DNA from: Bacilli bacterium
Lineage (GTDB): Bacteria; Bacillota_I; Bacilli_A; RFN20; CAG-826
Length of the DNA stretch: 50,275 nt
Assembly: GCA_045597865.1 (NCBI GenBank)
Contig: JAZLKX010000008.1
Coordinates: forward strand, 1-50,275
Reading direction: 5' to 3'
The notes beneath the pieces are model-generated. The model ran no database searches and was not told the DNA's origin. It saw only the letters and a program-made list of their open reading frames with translations. Positions 28,658 to 42,354 of this stretch are shown here, piece by piece (the first letter of the stretch is position 1; every line of letters begins with the position of its first letter). The translations under genes were made by a program, and so were the position numbers.

Positions 28658-30087
28658 TAGCGTTTCTTTAACTCCTCAAGTAAAACATCAGAGGTCATTT
28701 TTGGGTTAATCTTACCTTGAGTTTTCTTCATGATTTGACCAACCAAGAAACCAAGAGCTCTACCCTTACCTTCTTTATAGTCAATGATTGCTTGTGGGTT
28801 CTCTTTTAAAACCTCATTAACAGCGGCTTGAATGAATGAAATATCCGAGATTTGACTGGAAATTCCACACATTTCCTTGGCTTTTTTGGCATCTACACCT
28901 GCTTCAATCATCTTTGCAAAAATCTCTCTTGCTTGGTTAGAATTGACTTCATTTTTCTCAACCATGTTGACAAGTCCAGCAAGCACTTCTGGCTTCATCG
29001 GGAATGCTTCAATTGTAAGAATATTTTTATTTAAGTATCCCGCAACATCGACATTGATCCAGTTTGCTAAAAGTTTATATGCTTTTGTTGATTTTGTAGT
29101 TTCATCATAATAGTCAGAAACTGCTTTTTCGCTAACAAGTAAAGACGCATCGTAATCATTTAATCCATATTCAGAAATATAACGAGCTTTCTTAGATTCT
29201 GCAAGTTCAGGACATGATGCTATTGCATCATTTACGAATTCATCAGAAATTTTGATTGGTGTGATGTTTGGTTCTGGGAAATATTTGTAATCAACAGCAT
29301 CTGTTTTAAGACGCATTGAAATTGTTTCTCCCTTTTTATCGTCATAACGACGGGTTTCTTGTAAGACTTCACCGCCTTCTTCAAGAATCTTGGCTTGTCT
29401 TGCAACTTCAAAATCAATTGCCTTTTGTATATAGGAAATTGAATTAATGTTCTTAATTTCAACTTTTGTACCGAAAACGTTGCTGCCCTTAGGCATAATT
29501 GAAACGTTAACGTCACAACGAAGTGATCCTTCTTCCATTTTGCCATCGCTCACACCGCTAAAAACAACGATTGAACGAATTCTTTCAACGTATTTCATAG
29601 CCTCTTCACCACTTCTCATTTCTGGTTTAGAAACAATTTCAACAAGTGGAGTTCCAGCACGGTTGTAATTTAATAATGTAAATGCTGGGAAGTGAAGTTG
29701 TTTACAAGTATCTTCTTCGATATGTAATCTTTCAATACCAATACGTTTGGTTTCACCATTAACATTGATTTCAAGATAGCCTTCTGAACCAATTGGGCGT
29801 CTATCTTGAGTGATTTGATAACCTTTTGGAAGGTCACTATAGAAATAATTTTTTCTATCAAAATGTAATTCGTGGTCAATCGACATATGCAAAGCATTAC
29901 ATACACGAATTGCGTATACTACGCCTTGTTTATTGACTGTTGGCATTGTTCCTGGGAATGCAAAATCAAGAGGAACTGTTTGAGTGTTTGGTTCCTCACC
30001 ATAAACGACAGGAGCAGTAGAAAACATTTTTGACTTAGTCTTAAGTTCAACGTGAATTTCAAGACCGATAACAGGTACAAATTCCAT
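28657..30087 (-). CDS. gatB: Asp/Glu-tRNA amidotransferase subunit B
   Basis: IGLEIHVEL, RKNYFYSDLPKGYQITQ, EIVSKP, RCDVNVS, YKYFPEP. Confidence 0.98.
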   Translation of the reverse strand: MEFVPVIGLEIHVELKTKSKMFSTAPVVYGEEPNTQTVPLDFAFPGTMPTVNKQGVVYAIRVCNALHMSIDHELHFDRKNYFYSDLPKGYQITQDRRPIGSEGYLEINVNGETKRIGIERLHIEEDTCKQLHFPAFTLLNYNRAGTPLVEIVSKPEMRSGEEAMKYVERIRSIVVFSGVSDGKMEEGSLRCDVNVSIMPKGSNVFGTKVEIKNINSISYIQKAIDFEVARQAKILEEGGEVLQETRRYDDKKGETISMRLKTDAVDYKYFPEPNITPIKISDEFVNDAIASCPELAESKKARYISEYGLNDYDASLLVSEKAVSDYYDETTKSTKAYKLLANWINVDVAGYLNKNILTIEAFPMKPEVLAGLVNMVEKNEVNSNQAREIFAKMIEAGVDAKKAKEMCGISSQISDISFIQAAVNEVLKENPQAIIDYKEGKGRALGFLVGQIMKKTQGKINPKMTSDVLLEELKKR

Positions 30088-31544
30088 TATTTTTCTTCTC
30101 CTTCCGCATAAATGTTTGCAAGTCCAGTGACTTGTTCAAGAGCATAAGCTACTTGGAACAAATTGCTTTCTTCAAAAGCACGACCCATTAAGTTTGCACC
30201 AAACGGCATGCCTTCTTTAAATCCAATTGGAAGAGTAATTGATGGAAGACCAGCAAAGTTACCCATACACAAATGGTTGTCTGCAATTAAATATTCATCT
30301 GATAGTTTATCAGCGCCAACATTAGCTTTTGGAGCAATGCTTGGTGCAGCTGGTAAATAAATGAAATCATTCTCTTTGAGAATATTGTTAATTAAATCAA
30401 CGATTCTTCTTCTATTCTTTTGAGCTCTAATAAAGAGATCGTTTTTATTTTCTTTCATTAAAGCAAAGCTTCCAATAACAAAACGACGTTTAATAAGTTC
30501 ACTAAAACCTTTTGTTCTAGCGTTTGCCATAACTTCTTCGTAAGTTTCACCATTTGAAAGTGGGCCAAACTTAATTCCGTCAAGGTTGGCGTTGTTTGAT
30601 GTAGCTTCAGCACAAGAAATAACAAAATAAGTTGGAAGTAATGACTCTAAAACTGGTGTTGGCATTGATACTTCATTAACAACAAAACCTTTTGATTTTA
30701 AACCTTCAAGCGTCTTGTTGAAAACATTCAAAACATCCTTATCCGAGATGGTGTCAACAACTTCCTTAATAACTGCAATTCTTGGGGTTTTGCAGGCGAT
30801 TTTTACGTTTTCTGCGTATTTTTCGACTGGTTTTGTGGATGATGTTGAGTCTCTATCATCACGTCCTGCAAGAGCCTCAGTTACGATTGCAATATCCATG
30901 ACGTTTCTTGCAAAATAAGCAACTGTATCAAGGGATGGAGCAAATGGGAATAAACCATATCTAGAAATTCTGCTCCAAGTTGGTTTAAAACCGACGAGTC
31001 CTGCGAGTGATGCAGGCTTACGTACAGAGTCGCCTGTATCTGAGCCTAATGCAAAAGGCACGATGCCTGCGGCAGTAGCGGCTGCAGATCCACATGAGGA
31101 ACCACCCACCAATCTTGTATGCGATTTATCGTATGGATTGTATGTCATTCCTAGGTGTCCGCTTAAGCCTGTTCCGCCCATTGCAAGCTCATCAAGAGTT
31201 GTTTTTGCAATAGCAACAGCCTTCTTTGCTCTAAGTTTTTCAATAACTGTAGCGTCATAGACTGGAATGTAGCCATTCAAAATGTTAGATGATCCGGTTG
31301 TTGGGACATCTTTTGTAGAATAGTTGTCTTTGACAACAAATGGAATACCCCAAAGTGGATTGTCAACTTCTGGTTCACCAAGTTCGCTTGCAAAAGCAAG
31401 CGCTTCGTTTTCCATAATGTATTCAAATGCATTGTTTGAATCTTTCTTAGCAAGTTCGATAGCATCCTTAACTAAGTCAACTGGAGTTACCTTTTTGGAA
31501 ACTAGTAATTCATGTAATTCTAAAATAGACTTACCTTGGTACAT
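30087..31544 (-). CDS. gatA: Asp/Glu-tRNA amidotransferase subunit A
   Basis: KDN, GGSSCGSAA, GSDTGDSVRKPA, FKPT; start moved to ATG 31544. Confidence 0.96.
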   Translation of the reverse strand: MYQGKSILELHELLVSKKVTPVDLVKDAIELAKKDSNNAFEYIMENEALAFASELGEPEVDNPLWGIPFVVKDNYSTKDVPTTGSSNILNGYIPVYDATVIEKLRAKKAVAIAKTTLDELAMGGTGLSGHLGMTYNPYDKSHTRLVGGSSCGSAAATAAGIVPFALGSDTGDSVRKPASLAGLVGFKPTWSRISRYGLFPFAPSLDTVAYFARNVMDIAIVTEALAGRDDRDSTSSTKPVEKYAENVKIACKTPRIAVIKEVVDTISDKDVLNVFNKTLEGLKSKGFVVNEVSMPTPVLESLLPTYFVISCAEATSNNANLDGIKFGPLSNGETYEEVMANARTKGFSELIKRRFVIGSFALMKENKNDLFIRAQKNRRRIVDLINNILKENDFIYLPAAPSIAPKANVGADKLSDEYLIADNHLCMGNFAGLPSITLPIGFKEGMPFGANLMGRAFEESNLFQVAYALEQVTGLANIYAEGEEK

Positions 31545-31545
31545 A

Positions 31546-31842
31546 CTATTGAACCACCTTTGGTAACTTAATTTGACCACCAATCTTACGTTTAGAGTTA
31601 CGCAAAGCAACTTCTCTATTGAGAGGTTCTTCTGGAATGTCCTCTCTTAAATAAGAGGTGGTGCATTCAAATGGAAAAACCATTGGTTCAAGGCTATCGA
31701 GCGATTTATCAGAACCAATAATCTCCATTTGTTTGGTGATAATATCAAACTCTTTAAGCAATGTTTCGTACTCAGAGTCAGACATATCAAACAACAATCT
31801 TTTTGCTGCGTCTTTTAATACATTAATATCGTAATTCTTCAT
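31546..31842 (-). CDS. gatC: Asp/Glu-tRNA amidotransferase subunit C
   Basis: 98 aa, LRED motif, C-terminal LPKVV, directly upstream of gatA. Confidence 0.9.
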   Translation of the reverse strand: MKNYDINVLKDAAKRLLFDMSDSEYETLLKEFDIITKQMEIIGSDKSLDSLEPMVFPFECTTSYLREDIPEEPLNREVALRNSKRKIGGQIKLPKVVQ

Positions 31843-31859
31843 AACGGTTTTATATGATA

Positions 31860-36082
<4,223 letters not shown>

Positions 36083-36148
36083 AAATTAATCTGCTTATTA
36101 CTAAGTAATATTTTATCATAATTATACGTATTACTCAAGATTAAAGAA

Positions 36149-36595
36149 TTATTTTAGAAGGCCCATAATTTTCGCATTTCCAGCTTCATTTTTAACAAGT
36201 GCATTATTGTTTATTTTTAATATTGTTGGATAACCCATTATTGCGAGTTGATCTTCATTTGTAATACCAATCGTATTAGAGACATCGGTTTTAATTACAT
36301 CTTTATTGCTTCCTTTCACAAAATAAATGTCTCCTCGAGATAGTGCGGTCTCAATTATCCAATTTTTAAGTTCTTGGCAATGATTACAAGTTGTTGAATA
36401 AATATAAACATAATATGTCGTCACATTTTGTTTCAAAATACTTCCCCAATTAATAAAATAATTTTCAACTTCAAAATACTCGTGATCAGCGTCAGGAATT
36501 TCGATGTTTGAAACATCAATTTTTTCTTCTTTTTTGTTGAATGTGCAGCCACCGAGAAGAAGCGGGACTGCTAGTAAAAAATAAAATGTCCTCAT
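36149..36595 (-). CDS. Thioredoxin-fold lipoprotein (CNHC)
   Basis: Start ATG 36595 gives signal MRTFYFLLAVPLLLGGC; YVYIYSTTCNHC and GYPT cis-Pro loop. Confidence 0.78.
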   Translation of the reverse strand: MRTFYFLLAVPLLLGGCTFNKKEEKIDVSNIEIPDADHEYFEVENYFINWGSILKQNVTTYYVYIYSTTCNHCQELKNWIIETALSRGDIYFVKGSNKDVIKTDVSNTIGITNEDQLAIMGYPTILKINNNALVKNEAGNAKIMGLLK

Positions 36596-36655
36596 ACTTA
36601 TAATTTCAGGTGAACTTTGCAATTCCGATAAAATTTTTCTAAAATATTACTATTG

Positions 36656-37555
36656 ATGGCACTTTTTTCTAAAAAAGAAACTTTAATAAGATCTATGCCT
36701 TTGATGGCAATGATGGCGGCAATTAACGTCGTTTTTTCGTTGTTTACAGCCTTTGTGCCGTTGCTCTCAGTTATCCTAATAATTTTCATCCCGCTTACTA
36801 GTGCTTTGGTTGAAATTTATTGTAAGGATAGGTACTTCCCAATTTATGCAATAGCAACCCTGGGACTTTCTATTGTAGTTTCATTGAGCGCCATTGACTT
36901 TACCTTATTTTATTTAATACCTTCAATTTTCACTGGTTATATTTTTGGCTTGATGGCAAAGAAAAACTTTCCAAGTCTTTGGGGAATTTTTATTGCATCA
37001 GTCATACAAGCTGGAATCTCGTTTGCGTTTGTTCCGCTAATTGAATTAATTACTCAAAGAAACCTAATTGATGATATTAGAACAATTCTCAAGATTTCAG
37101 ATACCGAAGCCAGCTATTTTAACTACATTATTATTTTCTTGTTTTTTGCAGTAGCTTTAACACAAACAATTTTGTCCTTCATTGTTGTCAATAACGAACT
37201 TAAAAAATTTGGCATAAAAAACGATGAAAATAAAGACTGGAGAATATCGGTTTCTGTTGCAAATATTTTAAGCCTTGGACTGGCTGTTGGAATGAATTTT
37301 GTTTACCCACCAATTTCTCCGTTATGTCTGGGATTTGCGTGGTATTTTGCGGTTTTTTCGGTTATTTTTGAGATTAAAAGCAGGAACAAAATTGGATTAA
37401 TAATTATTGCTGTAATGTTTGTTACAAGTTTGTTCATTTATGTAGGAGTAAATCAATATCTTCCAAGCCGAAGACGAATTCTTCTCCAAGGAATGCCTCC
37501 ATTATGTATTTCTTTAATATCACTTGGATTTTACTTCTTGAAGAAGCAAAAATAA
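36656..37555 (+). CDS. YybS/DUF2232-like polytopic membrane protein
   Basis: About 300 aa, about 9 hydrophobic segments, 'LMAMMAAI...IPL...GYIFG' pattern. Confidence 0.6.
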   Translation: MALFSKKETLIRSMPLMAMMAAINVVFSLFTAFVPLLSVILIIFIPLTSALVEIYCKDRYFPIYAIATLGLSIVVSLSAIDFTLFYLIPSIFTGYIFGLMAKKNFPSLWGIFIASVIQAGISFAFVPLIELITQRNLIDDIRTILKISDTEASYFNYIIIFLFFAVALTQTILSFIVVNNELKKFGIKNDENKDWRISVSVANILSLGLAVGMNFVYPPISPLCLGFAWYFAVFSVIFEIKSRNKIGLIIIAVMFVTSLFIYVGVNQYLPSRRRILLQGMPPLCISLISLGFYFLKKQK

Positions 37556-37571
37556 TAGATAAAATATAAAT

Positions 37572-38063
37572 ATGCTAAGTTTTCTAAAAGTATTCGCTAG
37601 AGGAATTATTTGCACTGTCTTATTACCATTAATTTTGGTAGTGTGGGTTCTTTATGGTGTCTACTGTTTAATTGCATTTACAGTCATGCTTATTAAGAGC
37701 ATTATTGTTTTCTTTGCAGGTGGAAACGCAGCAGGAGAAATGAAAGAAGACATTGAAGCAAAAAGAATTCTTCTTGAAGCCGAACAAGCACAAGTTGAGC
37801 AAGCTCAAGTTATGAATATGATGTATCAAAATATGGCTGTTCAACAACAAATGATGCAACAACAAATGATGCAACAACAAATGCCTCAACCTTCTCCTCA
37901 ACCAGCAGTTATACCTACTCCAGAAGCCGCTCCACAACCACAACCTGCTCAATTTGATCCATTTATTCCAGACCCAGTTCCTGAAGAACCTTTACCAGGA
38001 TCTGAAAATGAAGAACAAATAAATAATGCGGAAGGAGGAAATGACAATGGTCAGTCTTATTAA
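37572..38063 (+). CDS. Hypothetical membrane-anchored protein with Gln/Met/Pro-rich tail
   Basis: Long N-terminal hydrophobic stretch, coiled segment, QQQMMQQQMMQQQMPQPSPQP; TAAAAT 6 nt before ATG. Confidence 0.75.
   Translation: MLSFLKVFARGIICTVLLPLILVVWVLYGVYCLIAFTVMLIKSIIVFFAGGNAAGEMKEDIEAKRILLEAEQAQVEQAQVMNMMYQNMAVQQQMMQQQMMQQQMPQPSPQPAVIPTPEAAPQPQPAQFDPFIPDPVPEEPLPGSENEEQINNAEGGNDNGQSY
37842..37883 (+). repeat. 15-bp tandem repeat (CAACAACAAATGATG) x2.8 encoding QQQMM
   Basis: Exact repeat read in sequence. Confidence 0.9.
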
Positions 38064-38676
38064 ACTTACCGAAAATGACAAAAGACTAATCATTGTTTTG
38101 CTCTTATTAGTCATTCTTCTTTTCGTTATCATTGGTTATATTTCTTTACTTGTAAAGAAAATTATGAACCATCAAGGTTCAAAAGCTGATGAAATGCTCA
38201 AAAATGTTGTTAATGCTAAATTGTTTGACAACGAAAAAGCATTTGTTAAATTTGGCATAAAAAAGAATGTAAGAGTCTTCTTTAAAGAGGCTCGTATTCC
38301 ATTCTGCATTATCGCAGGCGGATTCTTGTTCTTGCTTCTTTATTGTTTGTTCTCTGGAAATTGGCACCCAGGAATCTTTAGTAGGGAAACAGGCTTTGCT
38401 TCGTTGTTCCCAAAATTAAAACCATGGCCAACCGCCAAATTCTTCGGTATTACTTTAGTAAATGGATGGCCAGAAGTTGCTGAACACGCGGCATTAAAAG
38501 CAGCTGCTTGGTACAGCTACATATTGGTTCCAGTTGAGATTGTTGGAATTGTTTGGTTCCTTTTCTGCACACAAGCATACATTGCGCGCTCATTACGTAT
38601 CTATAAGATAGCAAGAGGCATTTATAGAAAAAAATTGGATGAGCAACCTGCAAATCCAACTCCTTCACAACAATAA
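38047..38676 (+). CDS. Hypothetical membrane protein (about 3 TM)
   Basis: GGAGG RBS at 38034-38038 fits ATG 38047; three hydrophobic segments. Confidence 0.75.
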   Translation: MVSLIKLTENDKRLIIVLLLLVILLFVIIGYISLLVKKIMNHQGSKADEMLKNVVNAKLFDNEKAFVKFGIKKNVRVFFKEARIPFCIIAGGFLFLLLYCLFSGNWHPGIFSRETGFASLFPKLKPWPTAKFFGITLVNGWPEVAEHAALKAAAWYSYILVPVEIVGIVWFLFCTQAYIARSLRIYKIARGIYRKKLDEQPANPTPSQQ

Positions 38677-38686
38677 TAACCAGAGG

Positions 38687-38848
38687 TTATTTTGTTAATA
38701 TTACAATTTCATAAATTAGCATTGCTACAAGCAAAACTGCAACAACGCAAAGCAAACCAAAAATACGGTTAAGCGAGCGTTGTTTTTTTAATGCTGCTTG
38801 AGCCTCTGGCGTTAATTCTTCAAGTTCCTTTGATCTATCTCTAAGCAT
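38687..38848 (-). CDS. Small tail-anchored membrane protein, 53 aa
   Basis: Missed by track. MLRDRSKELEELTPEAQAALKKQRSLNRIFGLLCVVAVLLVAMLIYEIVILTK*; starts 2 nt after asnS stop and fills the whole gap. Confidence 0.72.
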   Translation of the reverse strand: MLRDRSKELEELTPEAQAALKKQRSLNRIFGLLCVVAVLLVAMLIYEIVILTK

Positions 38849-38850
38849 AA

Positions 38851-40257
38851 TTAATATTTGATTGGATCACTTGTTCTTGGGAATGGTTGAACATCTCTGA
38901 TGTTACTCATTCCTGTAACGTACATGAGTAAACGGTCAAAGCCAATACCAAATCCTGAGTGTGGGCAGCCACCATATTTACGGGTGTCTAAATACCATTC
39001 AAGACCTTTTGTGATTCCAAGTTCATCCATACGTTTCTTGAGTAAGTCATAGCGTTCTTCTCTTTGTGAGCCACCAACGAGTTCTCCAACATATGGAACA
39101 AGTAAGTCACAAGCTGCAACTGTTTTACCATCATCATTTTGTCTCATGTAGAAAGCTTTCATTTCTTTTGGATAATCAGTTACAAAGACTGGTCCTTTGA
39201 TGACTTGTTCAGTGATATAACGTTCATGTTCTGATTGCATATCCATACCCCAGAAAATATCGTTATTCTCAAATTTATGGCCGTTTTCTTGGGCTTTTTT
39301 GAGTTCTTCGATAGCTTCGGTGTATGTCATTCTCTTAAATTCAGAATGTAAAACATGATGTAATCTGTCCTTTAAAGTTTTGTCGATAAAGTTGTTGAAG
39401 AAGTCCATTTCATCTGGACAACCATGAAGTGCTTTATCAATGCAATATTTGATACATGCTTCAATGCAATCCATGTCGTCTGATAAATCACAGAATGCCA
39501 TTTCTGGTTCAATCATCCAGAACTCTGAAGCATGACGAGTTGTATTTGAGTGTTCTGCTCTAAATGTTGGGCCAAATGTATAAACATCACGGAAAGCCAT
39601 TGCAAATGGTTCAACGTGTAATTGACCTGAAACAGTTAAAGCAACATCTTTACCGAAGAATTCAGTTCTTGAGTTCTTTGGTCCTGTAACAATACCAAAG
39701 GTATTTCCAGCACCCTCACAATCGTTTGCGGTGAAAAGTGGAGTATGAACATACATAAATCCTTCGTTTTGGAAGAATTCATGAATTGCCATAGCCATGG
39801 CATTTCTCATACGGAAGACAGCGTTAAATGTATTTGCTCTTGGTCTTAAGTGAGCGATTTCTCTTAAGAATTCCATTGAGTGAGCTTTCTTTTGAAGTGG
39901 ATAATCTGGATCAACTGCACCAGTAAGTTCAAATTCTTTAACTTGAATTTCAAATGGTTGTTTTGCATCTGGGGTTAAAACCAAATCTCCAATTACAGTT
40001 AATGCAGCACCTGTATTAATGTGGCTTAAAGCGTTGTAATCTTTTACAACTTTTGCATCATAAACTAATTGAACATTTTTAAAGCAAGAACCATCATTTA
40101 AGGCAATAAATCCAACTGAACCGTTATCACGGTTAGTTCTGACCCATCCTTGAACATAGACAGATTTTAATCCGTCTAAGATTTCCTTCATTTCCTTGTC
40201 GTCTTGTGAGTTAACAAGAGTATAAAGGTCTGCTACTAAAACGCTTTTTGTTTCCAT
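38851..40257 (-). CDS. asnS: Asparaginyl-tRNA synthetase
   Basis: GWVRTNR, LTVSGQL, TFRAEHSNT.RH.SEFWMIEPE, MKAFYM, GGSQRE, GFGIGFDR. Confidence 0.97.
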   Translation of the reverse strand: METKSVLVADLYTLVNSQDDKEMKEILDGLKSVYVQGWVRTNRDNGSVGFIALNDGSCFKNVQLVYDAKVVKDYNALSHINTGAALTVIGDLVLTPDAKQPFEIQVKEFELTGAVDPDYPLQKKAHSMEFLREIAHLRPRANTFNAVFRMRNAMAMAIHEFFQNEGFMYVHTPLFTANDCEGAGNTFGIVTGPKNSRTEFFGKDVALTVSGQLHVEPFAMAFRDVYTFGPTFRAEHSNTTRHASEFWMIEPEMAFCDLSDDMDCIEACIKYCIDKALHGCPDEMDFFNNFIDKTLKDRLHHVLHSEFKRMTYTEAIEELKKAQENGHKFENNDIFWGMDMQSEHERYITEQVIKGPVFVTDYPKEMKAFYMRQNDDGKTVAACDLLVPYVGELVGGSQREERYDLLKKRMDELGITKGLEWYLDTRKYGGCPHSGFGIGFDRLLMYVTGMSNIRDVQPFPRTSDPIKY

Positions 40258-40308
40258 ATCTATAACCTCCGATATTGTTATACATTATATCAAACAGTAA
40301 ACTGTTGA

Positions 40309-41319
40309 CTAGAATGTTTTGTATTTATCAATGCGCCAGTTAGGGTCGCATGATATTGTATTTGGGCATGTAATACCCATTTTCCATAAGTGTTCTGCTA
40401 AACGAACAATCATGGCAGCGTTGTCTGTTGTGCACCAAATTGGTGGAACAATTAAATCTACTTTGGTACCATCAAGTCTTTGGTGCATTTGTTCTCTTAA
40501 GTATGAGTTTGCACTAACACCGCCAGCGAGAACAACTTGTCTAATGTCATATCTTTTTAGAGCTCTATCTAAACGATCCATTACCATTCCAACTGCTGTA
40601 TCTTGAAATGATTTACACAAATCTGGAATTCTAATCTCGTTACCACGAGCTTTTTCATTATTAACTAAGTTAATAACTGCAGTTTTAAGACCAGAATAAG
40701 AGAAGTTAAGCGAACCATCATGAAGTGGAGTTGGTAAATCATAGGTGTGTTTACCTTCTTTAGAAAGTCTATCAATTGGAATGCCTCCTGGATAAGGGAG
40801 CCCAACTGTTCTTGCAACCTTGTCAAAGCACTCTCCAATGGCATCATCTTTGGTTTCACCAATAATTTCAAAATCCATATCTTCTTTCATATAAACGAAT
40901 TCGGTGTTGCCACCGCTTACGACTATAGAAAGAAGCGGGAATGTTAATGGTTTTACGTACTCATTAGCATAAATGTGAGCTGCTAAGTGATGAACTGGAA
41001 TAAGTGGCTTATGATACAAAGTTGCTAATGTTTTAGCGACTTGCATTCCTATGTGTAATGCGCCAATTAAACCTGGTCCGCGAGTGAATGCAAAAGCATC
41101 AACTTGATCTAAAGTAATATTCGCTTTACGAAGCGCTTCATCTAAGACGTAAAGAGCATTCTCACAATGAAGTCTACTTGCAAGTTCAGGCATAACACCA
41201 CCAAATTGTTGGTGCATTTCTATTTGAGTTGCAACAACGTTGCTTAAAAGTTCGCCATCTCTAATGATTGCGATACTTGTTTCGTCACAACTTGATTCAA
41301 TTCCTAATATAATTGCCAT
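40309..41319 (-). CDS. tsaD: tRNA N6-adenosine threonylcarbamoyltransferase
   Basis: LGIESSCDET, GGVMPELASRLH, HHLAAH, VSGG, DDAIGE.FDK, SYSGLKT, GGVSAN, DNAAMI; start ATG 41319. Confidence 0.97.
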   Translation of the reverse strand: MAIILGIESSCDETSIAIIRDGELLSNVVATQIEMHQQFGGVMPELASRLHCENALYVLDEALRKANITLDQVDAFAFTRGPGLIGALHIGMQVAKTLATLYHKPLIPVHHLAAHIYANEYVKPLTFPLLSIVVSGGNTEFVYMKEDMDFEIIGETKDDAIGECFDKVARTVGLPYPGGIPIDRLSKEGKHTYDLPTPLHDGSLNFSYSGLKTAVINLVNNEKARGNEIRIPDLCKSFQDTAVGMVMDRLDRALKRYDIRQVVLAGGVSANSYLREQMHQRLDGTKVDLIVPPIWCTTDNAAMIVRLAEHLWKMGITCPNTISCDPNWRIDKYKTF

Positions 41320-41320
41320 T

Positions 41321-41767
41321 TTATAACCTCTTAAGCATGTAGAGGGCGTTCTCTCCATCCTTGTAGTAGTTCTTTTTAACTACAACAAGTTCATAACCGT
41401 TTTTGAGATATAACGCTTTTGCAGCTTCATTGCTTTCCCTAACTTCTAAAGTGATTGTTTCGACTACGTCATCAATCCCTTTTGGGAAAGAATGTTCCAT
41501 TTCACTCAATAATTGAGTGGCAACGCCGCGGCCTCTAAATTCTTTAGTGACTGCGACTTGCATTATTGTGGATGAATTGAAGGTAATTAGAAAGTCAATA
41601 AAACCAATAATTTTTCCTTCAGATTCAGCAACAATAATTTTGTTCACAGGATTCTCTTTGAATTCGTATTCCAATTCCTTACGCGAATAAGGTTGTTTGA
41701 AACATTCATTTTCGATTTCTAGAACCTGTTCGAAGTCTTCTTGCTTTGCAAGTCTGTAATTAATCAT
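41321..41767 (-). CDS. rimI: Ribosomal-protein-alanine N-acetyltransferase
   Basis: GNAT motif A RGRGVA, LEVRESN, NYY..GENA; between tsaB and tsaD. Confidence 0.9.
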   Translation of the reverse strand: MINYRLAKQEDFEQVLEIENECFKQPYSRKELEYEFKENPVNKIIVAESEGKIIGFIDFLITFNSSTIMQVAVTKEFRGRGVATQLLSEMEHSFPKGIDDVVETITLEVRESNEAAKALYLKNGYELVVVKKNYYKDGENALYMLKRL

Positions 41768-42354
41768 TTTCCAAGTTCCTTTAAGTAAACTGGATTTAGA
41801 GTAAAGACATTTTTGACTTCTTCGTCTTTATTAAAATCAGCTAAGTTTGCTAATATATCAAACTCTCCTGACTCTAAACTAATTTGATAGGTGTCTCCAT
41901 TAACTAAATAGTCTGGATGATCCTTGATATATGCCAATACTTCTTCGTTAGTTTTGACACAATCTTTTTCTATAACTTTATGTCCTTCATAGACTGCGAA
42001 ATAGCTTCTTCCGCTTCTTGCATTAAACAGACAAATAGTTGGTTTTTCCGCGTGTTTTAGCAAAGATAATGAGGATTTTGCGTAGATTTTGATCTTTAAA
42101 GCATACGCAATAGTCTTTGCAATTGTGACTCCAATTCTAACGCCTGTGTATGAGCCTGGACCTATGCCTACAACCACTGCGTCGAGTTCTTCTTTTACGA
42201 TTTTGTTTCTTGTTAAAATGTTATCGACTTCGGTTACCATCATTTCGCTTTGTCTTTGCCAAGCTTCATAATAAACCTTGTCGATTACCTTTCCGTCTTT
42301 AGCAATTCCAACGGATAAGAAAACATTTGAGCTATCTAATAATAATTGATACAT
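41764..42354 (-). CDS. tsaB: t6A biosynthesis protein TsaB
   Basis: LLDSS, VGIGPGSYTGVRIG..AK, NAR, P.YL. Confidence 0.95.
   Translation of the reverse strand: MYQLLLDSSNVFLSVGIAKDGKVIDKVYYEAWQRQSEMMVTEVDNILTRNKIVKEELDAVVVGIGPGSYTGVRIGVTIAKTIAYALKIKIYAKSSLSLLKHAEKPTICLFNARSGRSYFAVYEGHKVIEKDCVKTNEEVLAYIKDHPDYLVNGDTYQISLESGEFDILANLADFNKDEEVKNVFTLNPVYLKELGK

Noticed and set aside
40258-40308. T-box leader for asnS
   Set aside because: Only 51 nt of intergenic space, holding TG-A-TATAAT and an SD; no T-box motif.
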